A stretch of 64,000 nucleotides of DNA from an uncultured Chroococcidiopsis sp. (lineage in GTDB: Bacteria; Cyanobacteriota; Cyanobacteriia; Cyanobacteriales; Chroococcidiopsidaceae): NCBI GenBank assembly GCA_964248365.1, contig CAXTYC010000026.1:1-64000 (forward strand). Reading direction: 5' to 3'. Below, piece by piece: positions 43,300-52,500 of the stretch. Position 1 is the first letter of the stretch; every line of letters starts with the position of its first letter. The position numbers were made by a program, and so were the translations under genes. The notes beneath the pieces were generated by a model. The model was given only the letters and a program-made list of their open reading frames with translations, was not told the DNA's origin and did not search any database.

Positions 43300-43420
43300 A
43301 ATTGCTCTAATTACTCAAGTTGATTCAGTGTTATCTTAACAGGCTATGTAATTGCTAGGGGACGATTTTGTAATTTGTGTCCTAACATGATATCTTGGAT
43401 CTGATTGCTCAATGCGGTAA

Positions 43421-43494
43421 CGGGATGTAGCGCAGCTTGGTAGCGCACTTCGTTCGGGACGAAGGGGCCGCTGGTTCGAATCCAGTCATCCCGA
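43421..43494 (+). tRNA. trnP: tRNA-Pro (anticodon CGG)
   Basis: CGGGATG acceptor stem pairs with CATCCCG; anticodon arm CTTCG-TTCGGGA-CGAAG; T-loop GGTTCGAATCC. Confidence 0.97.
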
Positions 43495-43505
43495 TTGGTC
43501 TAAAA

Positions 43506-43575
43506 TGTCGATTATCAAATTATTTGTCTGCGATGACATATTGTTGTCCACAATTCAATTGTCAATTATCAGCGT
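43506..43575 (+). repeat. Transposon left end with three TnsB-site-like repeats
   Basis: TGTCGAT-TATCAAATTATTTGTC, TGACATATTGTTGTC and CCACAATTCAATTGTC, spaced ~16-21 bp apart. Confidence 0.72.
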
Positions 43576-43664
43576 TTATTGTTCATTGATAATTGATAAT
43601 TGTTCATTGATCGTTGATATGATAACTCCACCTTATTTATTTTGTAATTACTAAATCGGGGCAA

Positions 43665-43695
43665 TCCCGAAACATTGTGCGCCTTTCAACCCACC
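43665..43695 (-). CRISPR. Isolated truncated type V-K repeat plus degenerate tRNA-targeting (homing) spacer
   Basis: Minus strand GGTGGGTTGAAAG (43695-43683) is followed by GCGCACAATGTTTCGGGA. The tRNA at 43443-43459 reads GCGCACTTCGTTCGGGA, preceded by GTA. Confidence 0.75.
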
Positions 43696-44361
43696 TTTTT
43701 CTTCAAAAGCTTTTGCTTTTGGGGGCGGAGTGTTTATTACTCTCGATCTGGAAGGGTTGAGGAGCGCAGTGATAGAATATTACCTTGGGGTAGAGTTGAG
43801 CGACGAGGAGCAGCGCTTGCTGTAAAGCAGCTTCATGCGAAGGAATCACAGGCGTGCACTTCTTCGTGCGGTATCCCGACGCTTTATGTTGCAGTGGAAT
43901 GGAGGATCGCTTTCGCTTGAACTTGTAGAGTTTGATCTGGACAGGGCGATCGCATCTCTAGAACAAGGTCAGCCTGTGATTCTGTGTATGGCTAGATCGG
44001 ATTCATCAACGGATAGCAAGCAGATTTGTTGGGGTAGAGCGATCGCGCCACTACATTACGTTTCCCGCCTTGCTAAGACAAAATCCTTCTTTCTTTGCAT
44101 CTTTAAATCTAGGAGCAGATGAGTGATTTGTATTTCTAATACTGCGGTAGCAGTTTCTCTAGCTTACCGACAGGAGAGCTATAACACAATCACGAGTTTT
44201 TTTGGAGATAAGGAATATGTTCAAGCGCAAGTTGAAGCATAAAAACGCACAACAGGGAATAAAACCTTTAATGTCTTCATTAGACCTACAATTGCATTGA
44301 TTGAAAAGCCTGGTTGTTTTTTATAGTACAAATATACTAATTAGCTGTTAACTTAATTAGT

Positions 44362-45750
44362 GTGATTGCAGTGATTGACCTAAAGTATCATCCCTATGTT
44401 TATCTTTTTCCTTGCTTAAACAAACAGGAGTTTGAAGACCTCAAAAAAGACATAGTAGCTAATGGACAGGGAATCCCTATAACAGTCCTGGCAAGGACAA
44501 ACCTTATTCTAGATGGCAGGCACAGATACGAGATTTGCCGCGAGTTAGGTATCCAACCAAGAATTGAATATATTGCGCTAACCGCGTCGCAGATATTGTG
44601 GAAGGTGATTTCCCTCAATGTTAGAAGGCGACATTTAAGTGAGAGTCAAAGAGCAGCAATTGCAGCAAAAATCGCAAATATGCAACAAAGCGGAGACGGT
44701 AGCAATCAATATGCTGTTAAAAAATGTAAAGCAATGCAAATCTACACTTTTGCTAATTCAAAGGAAGTGCCTTTAAAAGAAGCCGCTGAAGCACTCAATG
44801 TAAGTAGGCGGACGGTAGCAAGTACGAGAACGACAATAAACTGTTTTCCTGAAGTTATAGAATATGTTATCAATGGCGATATTACTATTTTTGATGCCTA
44901 TAAGGTAAAAGACGAGTCACCTGAAATCAAACAGGAAGTTATCGCTCGGTTTTGCCGAGACAAAGGGGCAGGGCGCAGAACAAAAAGATTAGCTCAGTAT
45001 CGCAAAGAAATTAAACAGGAAATTGCCAAAAAATCCTTAGAGAAAGTGGTGAACAGCGTTTTAGGGATTGAGGTTGATGAAACCCCTCGTGTATCTTTTG
45101 GTGATGTTTGGCAATTAGGGCAGCACACGCTCACTTGCTGTGACTCCTCAAATTGGAATGCACCGCAAGCTAAGCTAGCTTTCGCAGACCCACCATACAA
45201 CGCAGGTATAGCTGATTGGGACACAGGGTTTGAGTGGAATCATGATTGGCTGATTGATAAAGCCGATACAGTGGTCGTTACACCAGGAGATGAATCTTTT
45301 GCTCATTTCTTGAGAAAAACCTCGATGCCCTACAAGTGCATGATTGCCCACTGGATTAAAAATGGTATGAGCAAAAGCCCAATGGGTTATGGCAATCACA
45401 TCATTGCTGCTGTATTTTGTAAAGAATCTACTCCTTATAAAGTAACAGGGAAGCGCAATCAAAACTACTCTGAAAGTATTATCAAAGCGATAGAAGCTGA
45501 TGACACCGACCATGCAGGTAGAAAACCACTGGATTTTATTGTGACCTGGATTGACAGATTAACCAATCCAGGGGAAGTGGTAATAAATCCATTTTTGGGG
45601 AGTGGAACCACTTTAATAGCTGCTGAACAGATTGGCAGGATTTGTCATGGTGCTGAAATCAATCCTGAATACTGTGGTTTTATTTTAGCGAGATGGATTA
45701 GTTTAGGAAAAGAAAATCCCAAAAAAATTAGAAGCCTAGTTGACGCTTAA
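44362..45750 (+). CDS. ParB-N/HTH domain fused to an N4/N6 DNA methyltransferase (beta-type motif order)
   Basis: ParB motifs ILDGRHRY and NVRRRHLSESQRA; HTH EAAEALNVSRRTV; MTase motifs ADPPY, HAGRKP, NPFLGSGTTL and GAEINPEYC. Confidence 0.9.
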   Translation: MIAVIDLKYHPYVYLFPCLNKQEFEDLKKDIVANGQGIPITVLARTNLILDGRHRYEICRELGIQPRIEYIALTASQILWKVISLNVRRRHLSESQRAAIAAKIANMQQSGDGSNQYAVKKCKAMQIYTFANSKEVPLKEAAEALNVSRRTVASTRTTINCFPEVIEYVINGDITIFDAYKVKDESPEIKQEVIARFCRDKGAGRRTKRLAQYRKEIKQEIAKKSLEKVVNSVLGIEVDETPRVSFGDVWQLGQHTLTCCDSSNWNAPQAKLAFADPPYNAGIADWDTGFEWNHDWLIDKADTVVVTPGDESFAHFLRKTSMPYKCMIAHWIKNGMSKSPMGYGNHIIAAVFCKESTPYKVTGKRNQNYSESIIKAIEADDTDHAGRKPLDFIVTWIDRLTNPGEVVINPFLGSGTTLIAAEQIGRICHGAEINPEYCGFILARWISLGKENPKKIRSLVDA

Positions 45751-45829
45751 AAAATTACGGTGCATCCTGGCATAAAACTATTATAAATCTGCGGCTCAAC
45801 TAATAGTTCTCAGCCTATCGCAGGAATGA

Positions 45830-46645
45830 GACTTAAAAGTTGAGAGCAAATCCTTTTGTCTACTTGAGGTTGAAATTCATGAAACAGTAAGATATGCTTG
45901 TGATTCAAATCATTGGGTCATGTATGATGGCAGCTTTACTTCACTAAATTGGGATTTATGTAAGTTTGCTGCATCTATGCCTGATGATTTGGATGGTTCA
46001 CTAGATGACCCAGATTTTTTAGAATGGGAATTAGTAAAAGATTGTTATCGCCGCTGTTTACTAAGTGTTGACTCTGATTGGTTCACAATTTTCGGTCAGC
46101 CTGATGTCAAAGGTGTTAATCGTCTAATTTCACTAAGTAAAAAGGGTAACAGCAAATACTATTCTCGAAAGCTGAAAGCACTAAGCGGTATTACAGACAA
46201 TGCTTTCCGTCCATCTGACAAGCTTATCTTGGGCTTGATTTTGCAGCCTGATGAATATACATCTCCTGTTTCTTACGAGCAACTTTTTGAAGACTCTCAT
46301 GGTTCAAAGGTTCCTGGCTATGGTAAGCCACACACAGGCAAGAATCACAACTTAGAAAAGCAGCACGATTCGGTAGAAGTAACTTTCAAGAATATGCGAA
46401 TCGTCAACTTTCGCCCTTGGGCTTGGTCGCCTGTAATGACGATTCATTATAACAAAACTGCTTGCAAGCTAGAAGAGGTTTTTGGAGTTGTCAAAGCTCA
46501 GACAAAAACCAGAAGTGTGATGAGCCAATGCCCTTATATCTTGCAGATTTGCTATCAAAACAAGCTTCAGCCGTTATTAAACTCTACGGCGAAATTAATG
46601 TTGGGCGTTATCCCAAACTCTTTAGAGCATTTCGTACTTCTGTAA
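45830..46645 (+). CDS. NurA-like nuclease, probably N-terminally truncated (first ATG at 45920; frame open from 45830)
   Basis: Motifs in NurA order: LLE...WVMYDGS, ISLSKK, SDKLILGLILQPDEYTSP and CPYIL. Lies 10 nt upstream of a HerA gene. Confidence 0.6.
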   Translation, partial: DLKVESKSFCLLEVEIHETVRYACDSNHWVMYDGSFTSLNWDLCKFAASMPDDLDGSLDDPDFLEWELVKDCYRRCLLSVDSDWFTIFGQPDVKGVNRLISLSKKGNSKYYSRKLKALSGITDNAFRPSDKLILGLILQPDEYTSPVSYEQLFEDSHGSKVPGYGKPHTGKNHNLEKQHDSVEVTFKNMRIVNFRPWAWSPVMTIHYNKTACKLEEVFGVVKAQTKTRSVMSQCPYILQICYQNKLQPLLNSTAKLMLGVIPNSLEHFVLL

Positions 46646-46655
46646 GGAAATAATC

Positions 46656-48287
46656 ATGATAACCGACCTAAAACAAGATTTTGTTGCCACAGTCAATTCT
46701 TATAAAAAGGGTAAGTTACACGTTACCATCCTTAACCGTGCTAAAAACCGCAGCATATCTGGCAAACTCTGCGAACTACTGATTAACTCCGACATAGGAA
46801 AACAGCGGGTTCTCTGCCGTATTAATCGTGTGGATATGACAAACGTTATCCACGAAAGTCTAGAGTTTCAGCAATTGCTTGCCGAGGATGGACATCTACC
46901 GTATTATTCGGGCGACTGCGATATTCTTAGTGCTGAAGTTGAGACAATAGCTTGCATAAGAGCTTCTGACTTAGTTTTTTCCGCAATAGCTTGTCCTCCC
47001 AAATCTGGTACACAGTTACGAGTTTTACATGATTGTGAAGTAGCTGATTACCAAGTCGAAAAAACTCATCAAGCAGTGATTGGACACTTACCTGATGAGT
47101 CAGCAATGCCAATGTCAGTAATTAACCGCCACTTTAGCGAATGGGATAATGGTGGTTACGGTGAGGCAAAACACACTTGTATTTTTGGTCAAAATGGTTC
47201 AGGAAAAACTGTTTTAGCCCTAGCGTTAATTGCTACTCAGCTTGCAGCTAATCCACAAAAAGGGTGCTTGATTCCAGATACTGCTGGAGATATTGCCAAA
47301 GGTGGCTCACATTCTAAGGGCGATTTTAAGTTCAACTTTATTGAGTTACTGGAAAGTGCAGGACGACATCCTGAATATATCGGTATTCAGGAAATCAGGT
47401 TAACTAGCAAAACCTCATTCAAGCAGCTACTTAACCCTGTCCTTAGAAAGGCTTTAAATATGCATGGGGAAAAGTCAGAGCAGCTTGCTGACAGGGTAAC
47501 AGAAGAGTTATTTGACCGACAAGTAGACCTGGCAGTTGCACAACCTAACCACATTCTTAACGCCGTCATTGACCGTATTGCCTCAATTTATACTGGTGCC
47601 AAGCGCAGGGAAAAAGAAACTGAGGCTGAAGAAATCAGGGATAATGCAGCTCAGAATCGCTCATTTGTCCGAGCTTACACTAGTGGTGTGATGAAGTACT
47701 TTGAGGGAAAATACAGCATTGACGAGATTGTTCAAGGCTTCCTAGATAACGGGCGCATAATCCTGCTTAATATGGCAACCATGTCTGAGTCAGAACAGCG
47801 ATATGTAATGTACGAAGTCTTTAGTAAAGTCAAACGTAAGGCAGAAGAAGATTTCAAACGTTATGGAACCACGCGCAATGGTTTAGTCGTCTTGGATGAG
47901 GGTCCACGATGGGCACCTCAAAGTGGTGATGATGAAGTTACCCAAGTAATTCGTGACGCTTTTAACACCACTCGTAAGCTTGGCGTGGGTTGGATGATAA
48001 TCTCCCAACGTATCACCGCGATTAGTAAGGATATTATTGCCCAGTGCCATACAAAATTTGTCGGTCGCGGTATGGGTATCGGTGCAGACCGCGATTACAT
48101 GAAAGAATTTTTCCGTGAGGATGGACTAGTCATGTACGACCAGTTAAGCCTAAGAGGCGGCTTCTACTGGCTTGTAACTGGGCATCAAGTCAACTACGGA
48201 CAGGGTTCTCAATATGTCGCATTTGAAACCTTTAGTGGTGATTCGACGCAAGCGATTAAAAACGCTAATCCCCATATTTGGGAATAG
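46656..48287 (+). CDS. HerA/FtsK-superfamily ATPase (DUF87-type)
   Basis: Walker A HTCIFGQNGSGKT, Walker B VVLDEG, and RKLGVGWMIISQR (Arg finger and Gln sensor); N-terminal beta-rich domain. Confidence 0.88.
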   Translation: MITDLKQDFVATVNSYKKGKLHVTILNRAKNRSISGKLCELLINSDIGKQRVLCRINRVDMTNVIHESLEFQQLLAEDGHLPYYSGDCDILSAEVETIACIRASDLVFSAIACPPKSGTQLRVLHDCEVADYQVEKTHQAVIGHLPDESAMPMSVINRHFSEWDNGGYGEAKHTCIFGQNGSGKTVLALALIATQLAANPQKGCLIPDTAGDIAKGGSHSKGDFKFNFIELLESAGRHPEYIGIQEIRLTSKTSFKQLLNPVLRKALNMHGEKSEQLADRVTEELFDRQVDLAVAQPNHILNAVIDRIASIYTGAKRREKETEAEEIRDNAAQNRSFVRAYTSGVMKYFEGKYSIDEIVQGFLDNGRIILLNMATMSESEQRYVMYEVFSKVKRKAEEDFKRYGTTRNGLVVLDEGPRWAPQSGDDEVTQVIRDAFNTTRKLGVGWMIISQRITAISKDIIAQCHTKFVGRGMGIGADRDYMKEFFREDGLVMYDQLSLRGGFYWLVTGHQVNYGQGSQYVAFETFSGDSTQAIKNANPHIWE

Positions 48288-48304
48288 ATGATTTCTAACC
48301 CAAC

Positions 48305-48340
48305 ACAAGCCCTTAAAACTTGTAAGGGCTTGTTTTTCTT
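48305..48340 (+). terminator. Intrinsic terminator after the HerA gene
   Basis: ACAAGCCCTTA / TAAGGGCTTGT stem followed by a T-rich run. Confidence 0.8.
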
Positions 48341-49208
48341 CTTCTAGTACTTGTAGCGCTTAAACCACTTTCTGCCACTTTATCATGTCCGCGAAGGGCA
48401 TAAAGCAACGCTAACATATTCCATCTACCCCTAAAGCTGGGATTTTAAACCTTGCTCCGCAGTTTAGGCATTTTGACAGCAGGCTTAACTGGTGGCGATC
48501 TTGCTACCATTACCTTAAACTACCACGATGCTCCGGTGATAAGATGCTTGGGCAAAACACAAGCTTCACACAAGCCAATAGGCTCTAGCTTTATGCCCAT
48601 ACCATCCGGCGGTAACATCTGGGCTAACCTATCTGCCCCTACTCCAACCACAACCGCTTTGCCCTAACTGCTGCCGAATAGGAGGACTAGCAGACGTTCT
48701 ACACTTGCTCAAAGTTAAAACTTGCCTCTTTTTCAGCACAAGGGGTTACGAAAAAGTTACGAAAAAGAGTCAGCCGTACCAAAGATCTATCGTTCCAACC
48801 CAAATACCTTGTGCATTTTGGTGCGCGACGTTTCGGGTAAGAGTACTCTTACAGATGCGCTCGCTTGGCTTTTTTGAGAATATTTGCAATAAGCCAGTAT
48901 CCCAAGCCAAGCGGGTTCGGCGGCAAGAGTATTCTTCCCGCCGACACCGCGCACCAAAATGCCTAGTCTGACCAATTTTGAGCAGGTTTCATGCAGGGGC
49001 GCGATCGCGTACGTTTGACTGGATGTGTATCCAGGCAAAGTATCGAGTGTCAAATTATTTGACCACTTGACATCTAAAACCTTGATCGAAAAGCTTGTCT
49101 CTTGATGAGGGCAAGGAATCCGATGTACCGACGGAAAACCCTGGAAATAAGCGATCGCACATCTTGAAAACTCAATTTTGTGCTAGTGTAGTAGAGATGA
49201 GAATAAAA

Positions 49209-49317
49209 TTCGGTTGCAGCTTTTGTTTTTAGAATTGATAGGTTTTCCCCTTTTGGTCTTGACAGGCTTCTCTCCGAAATCTCAATCTCTACAACCCTCT
49301 GATTTTGGAGAAAATCT
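49209..49317 (+). promoter_or_regulatory. Structured 5' leader of a cyanobacterial rbp gene
   Basis: Boxes TTCGG, TTTGTTTTTAG and TCTCCGAA. TCTCCGAAATC (49271-49281) can pair with GATTTTGGAGA (49301-49311), which covers the RBS. Confidence 0.6.
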
Positions 49318-49617
49318 ATGTCAATTTATGTAGGTAATCTATCCTACGAGGTCACACAAGAAGACCTCAACGCTGTTTTTGCAGAATATGGTTCTGTAAA
49401 AAGAGTTCAACTACCCACTGACCGCGAAACAGGTCGGATGCGTGGTTTTGGTTTTGTCGAAATGGGTACAGATGCTGAAGAAGAGGCTGCCATTGAAGCC
49501 CTTGATGGTGCTGAATGGATGGGTCGTAGTCTGAAAGTTAATAAGGCGAAGCCTCGTGAAGACAGGGGTTCGTCATATGGTGGTAATCGAAGAAACAACT
49601 TCTCTAGCCGCTACTAA
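49318..49617 (+). CDS. rbp: RRM RNA-binding protein
   Basis: RNP2 IYVGNL and RNP1 RGFGFVEM. Confidence 0.95.
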   Translation: MSIYVGNLSYEVTQEDLNAVFAEYGSVKRVQLPTDRETGRMRGFGFVEMGTDAEEEAAIEALDGAEWMGRSLKVNKAKPREDRGSSYGGNRRNNFSSRY

Positions 49618-49654
49618 GCTTTAAGGCTAAACGCTTTTAGCTTGTATATACAAA

Positions 49655-49757
49655 ACTGACACTTGAGGGTTTGCGATCGATGCCTTGCTCTCAAGTGTCA
49701 GTAACCAAATCTAATCTAATCTAAAGAGGCTTAGGCAGCAATGCTGGAGCCTTTTTG
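49655..49757 (+). terminator. Two hairpins downstream of rbp
   Basis: 13-bp stem ACTGACACTTGAG / CTCAAGTGTCAGT, then AGGCT...AGCCT followed by TTTT. Confidence 0.65.
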
Positions 49758-49804
49758 TATTGGAGCGTCGCTCCTTGACTGGGACAATAATGAGAACGAG
49801 TCGC

Positions 49805-49996
49805 CTAGTGGTGGTACGCGCCAAACATGAGGGCAACAATTATCGGGATAATGATAGGGAGAGCAACTACAAGCCCCCATTTGCTAAACCGAATTTCTTC
49901 ACCCTCAGATTTTAGAAATGCAATCCAGCCAACAGCTCCCATCAATATCCAGATACACCCGAAGGCAATAAAAATAACAAATATTGAATTATCCAT
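49805..49996 (-). CDS. Small two-TM hypothetical protein
   Basis: 63 aa with two hydrophobic segments. Confidence 0.6.
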   Translation of the reverse strand: MDNSIFVIFIAFGCIWILMGAVGWIAFLKSEGEEIRFSKWGLVVALPIIIPIIVALMFGAYHH

Positions 49997-50292
49997 TTTC
50001 TTTCTTAATCTATACTCATTTTCAAAGCCAGCACTAGGTTAGCGCAAAAATTTCAGCGCAATAAACTCCTTGGATTAGTCAAGCTGTCGTGCATTTAATT
50101 TTCACACTTAGTTCCTGCTGGAGGCAAACCCCACAAGAAATTGATTATTTTAGAGGATGCTTATCTGGATAGCCTTTTAGCTTAATAACCAACCCTAGGG
50201 TTAAGTCAGGATTTCTAGAACACCAAAGTAGCAGGTAAACTCAGATGTTGCAGCTTTAAAAATTTTTCCCCTAAGATACGGAGATTTAAGCC

Positions 50293-50934
50293 TTGGGTAT
50301 AGAATTGCGTAGTTATGTATTTCTAGACAGCTTGCAGCCGCAACACGCGGCTTACATGGGAACGGTGGCGCTAGGGTTTTTGCCATTGCCTGGTGATGCT
50401 TCCTTGTGGATTGAAATCTCGCCTGGTATCGAAATTAACCGGATTATGGATATCGCCCTGAAAGCTACCTCTGTACGTCCTGGGGTGCAAGTTGTCGAAC
50501 GACTTTATGGGCTTCTAGAAGTTCATTCTAGCAAACAGGGCGAGACGCGGACAGCGGGGAAGGCGATTCTGGAGGCATTGGGAGTCCGTGAAAGGGAGTG
50601 TCTCAAACCGCACGTCATTTCTAGCCAAATTATTCGCAACATCGATCCCCACCAAACACAATTAATCAATCGCACCCGCAAAGGACAGATGATTTTAGCA
50701 GGGCAAACACTATATGTGTTAGAAGTTCAGCCAGCCGCCTACGCTGCTTTAGCAGCGAACCAGGCAGAGAAAGCCGCCTTGATTAACATTCTAGAGATTC
50801 AGGCTGTAGGCAGTTTCGGACGACTCTACCTGGGCGGACAAGAACAGGATATTCTGGCGGGTTCTAGTGCAGCGTTGGCGGCGATTGAAAATGTGGTTGG
50901 GCGTGAAAATCCTGCTAGTGGGCGCAAGGAGTAG
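50293..50934 (+). CDS. ccmP: Carboxysome shell protein CcmP (tandem BMC domains)
   Basis: Motifs [30 protein letters not shown] and [10 protein letters not shown]. Confidence 0.9.
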   Translation: MGIELRSYVFLDSLQPQHAAYMGTVALGFLPLPGDASLWIEISPGIEINRIMDIALKATSVRPGVQVVERLYGLLEVHSSKQGETRTAGKAILEALGVRERECLKPHVISSQIIRNIDPHQTQLINRTRKGQMILAGQTLYVLEVQPAAYAALAANQAEKAALINILEIQAVGSFGRLYLGGQEQDILAGSSAALAAIENVVGRENPASGRKE

Positions 50935-51077
50935 CCAATGTATGTTCGTTAGAAAGCGCAATAGCCCTATTCATATCTTGCACCAGTATCTAATAGAGGC
51001 TGAGCCTCTATACAACGCCGTACCCAGTCTCAGACTGGGTACAAGGGTAGGGGAGGATTAACTAAAGGAGATGTTGG

Positions 51078-51854
51078 ATGGCAAATATGGAGCATCTTGC
51101 GCTACTTGATCTGGGTGCAGTAAAATGGCTTGAGTGGAGAAACAAAAATATACAGATAAAACCAGACTTTAGCGAAGCTAACCTAAAAGGAGCTAACCTA
51201 AAAGGAGCTAACCTCAGTGGGGCTAATCTCTACAAAGCCAGTCTGATCGATGCTAATCTCCAACAAGTCGAACTGATCGATGCTAATCTGATTGAAACTC
51301 AACTGATTGGGGCAGACCTAAGTAATGCTAACCTGATTGGGGCAAACCTTAGAGGATCTGACCTGAGACGAGCCGATCTTAGTAATGCTAACTTGATTGC
51401 AACTGAATTTATCGGGGCTAATCTTAGCGAGTGCGATCTGAGTGGAGCAAACCTTAGAAGGAGTAGCCTAGGTTATGCTAACTTGATGGCAGCTAACCTG
51501 AGCAATGCTAATCTGAGCAATGCTAACCTCTACGAAGCTGAACTGATCGGAGCTTACCTTTACAGGGCTGATCTCCACAATGCCAATCTTAGCTCGTCTC
51601 ACCTCGGTGGAGCTTATGTTTTCGGGGCTAACCTGAGTGAGGCTAATCTTTACCAAGCTGACTTTAGGTGGGCTAATCTGAGCAAAGCTAACTTCACAGG
51701 CGCTATTCTGAGCAAAGTTAACTTTAGAGGCGCTAATTTGAGCAAAGCTAACTTTGCAGGCGCTAATTTGAGCAAAGCTAACCTCGACGGGGCTAATCTG
51801 GGCAAAGCTGACTTCCAAGGGGCAATTATGCCTGATGGCACAATCCACGATTAG
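51078..51854 (+). CDS. Pentapeptide repeat protein
   Basis: Many A(N/D)Lxx repeats; ends GAIMPDG. Confidence 0.95.
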   Translation: MANMEHLALLDLGAVKWLEWRNKNIQIKPDFSEANLKGANLKGANLSGANLYKASLIDANLQQVELIDANLIETQLIGADLSNANLIGANLRGSDLRRADLSNANLIATEFIGANLSECDLSGANLRRSSLGYANLMAANLSNANLSNANLYEAELIGAYLYRADLHNANLSSSHLGGAYVFGANLSEANLYQADFRWANLSKANFTGAILSKVNFRGANLSKANFAGANLSKANLDGANLGKADFQGAIMPDGTIHD

Positions 51855-52072
51855 GAATTCGTAATTCCTAATTCGTAATTCGTAATTATCTTGATCTCCC
51901 CCTGCTCCTTTGCAGGCAAGATGCCTGCGCTACCCACAGCGAACCCTGCGGTCTCAACGGGTAAAATTAAAAGCATAGCAGCTTACTCCTGTGCTTTGAT
52001 GTTTAGAGACTTCGCTCTTCAAAACCCAGCACAAGAGTAATTTGCAAATTCCTCAAGAGGAAATTGAAGCTA

Positions 52073-52342
52073 TTAATTACCAGCAGGCTGCTGATCCATC
52101 ATTTCAGCCCTCGCTTGATCTGCCGTTTTATTAAGATACACTGCTCGTTCATCTACTGTCCTAATCCATTCGACCGGAAACCAGTGGTGTTGCCCATCAT
52201 CAGCGCTATGCTTGGTCAACTTGATGTACTTACCGCCTTCCACCTTGTCCACATTGCCAATATGCTCTTCTGATCCACCTGCCAAACCGCCAGGTCCGTC
52301 TGCGTAGACGGGCATATGTTCTTTAATGTTTGATATATCCAT
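52073..52342 (-). CDS. DUF2171 family protein
   Basis: Motifs IKEHMPV, HIGNVDKVEG, IKLTK and DGQHHWFP. Confidence 0.85.
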   Translation of the reverse strand: MDISNIKEHMPVYADGPGGLAGGSEEHIGNVDKVEGGKYIKLTKHSADDGQHHWFPVEWIRTVDERAVYLNKTADQARAEMMDQQPAGN

Positions 52343-52500
52343 CTTCAGCCTCTTCTTAATATATCTGGACTAACACGCAAGTCATACCCTGGAACTGGGT
52401 GACTTATGCTTTAGTGAAATAGATCCAGAGTATACTGCTTACAGGTGCAACTCCTCGTTCTACAGACAGATTAATAGAACTGAAATTTTGTCTGGTAATG

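Larger units (their letters stand above)
43506..49072. mobile_element. Non-autonomous Tn7-like element, probable relic of a type V-K CRISPR-associated transposon
   Basis: TGT at 43506 and ACA at 49072, TnsB-site-like motifs inside both ends, TCTAAAA on both flanks (43499-43505 and 49073-49079), and a homing-type repeat plus spacer matching the adjacent tRNA. Confidence 0.7.

Noticed and set aside
43700..44300. Residual CRISPR array, tracrRNA or cas12k
   Set aside because: Only one weak repeat-like stretch (CTGGAAGGGTTG near 43748), with no periodic repeats. The short ORFs show no Cas12k motifs I can recognise.
48345..49040. tnsB remnant inside the right end; short ORFs at 48452, 48705 and 48787
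   Set aside because: No recognisable TnsB or other motifs in the frames I read, so left uncalled.
43421..49100. Integrase-type island or prophage at tRNA-Pro
   Set aside because: I found no integrase, no duplicated tRNA 3' end and no phage genes. The ends fit a TnsB-type element better.
50293..50934. Novel metabolosome locus
   Set aside because: A single ccmP away from the main ccm operon is the normal arrangement, and no signature enzymes are nearby.
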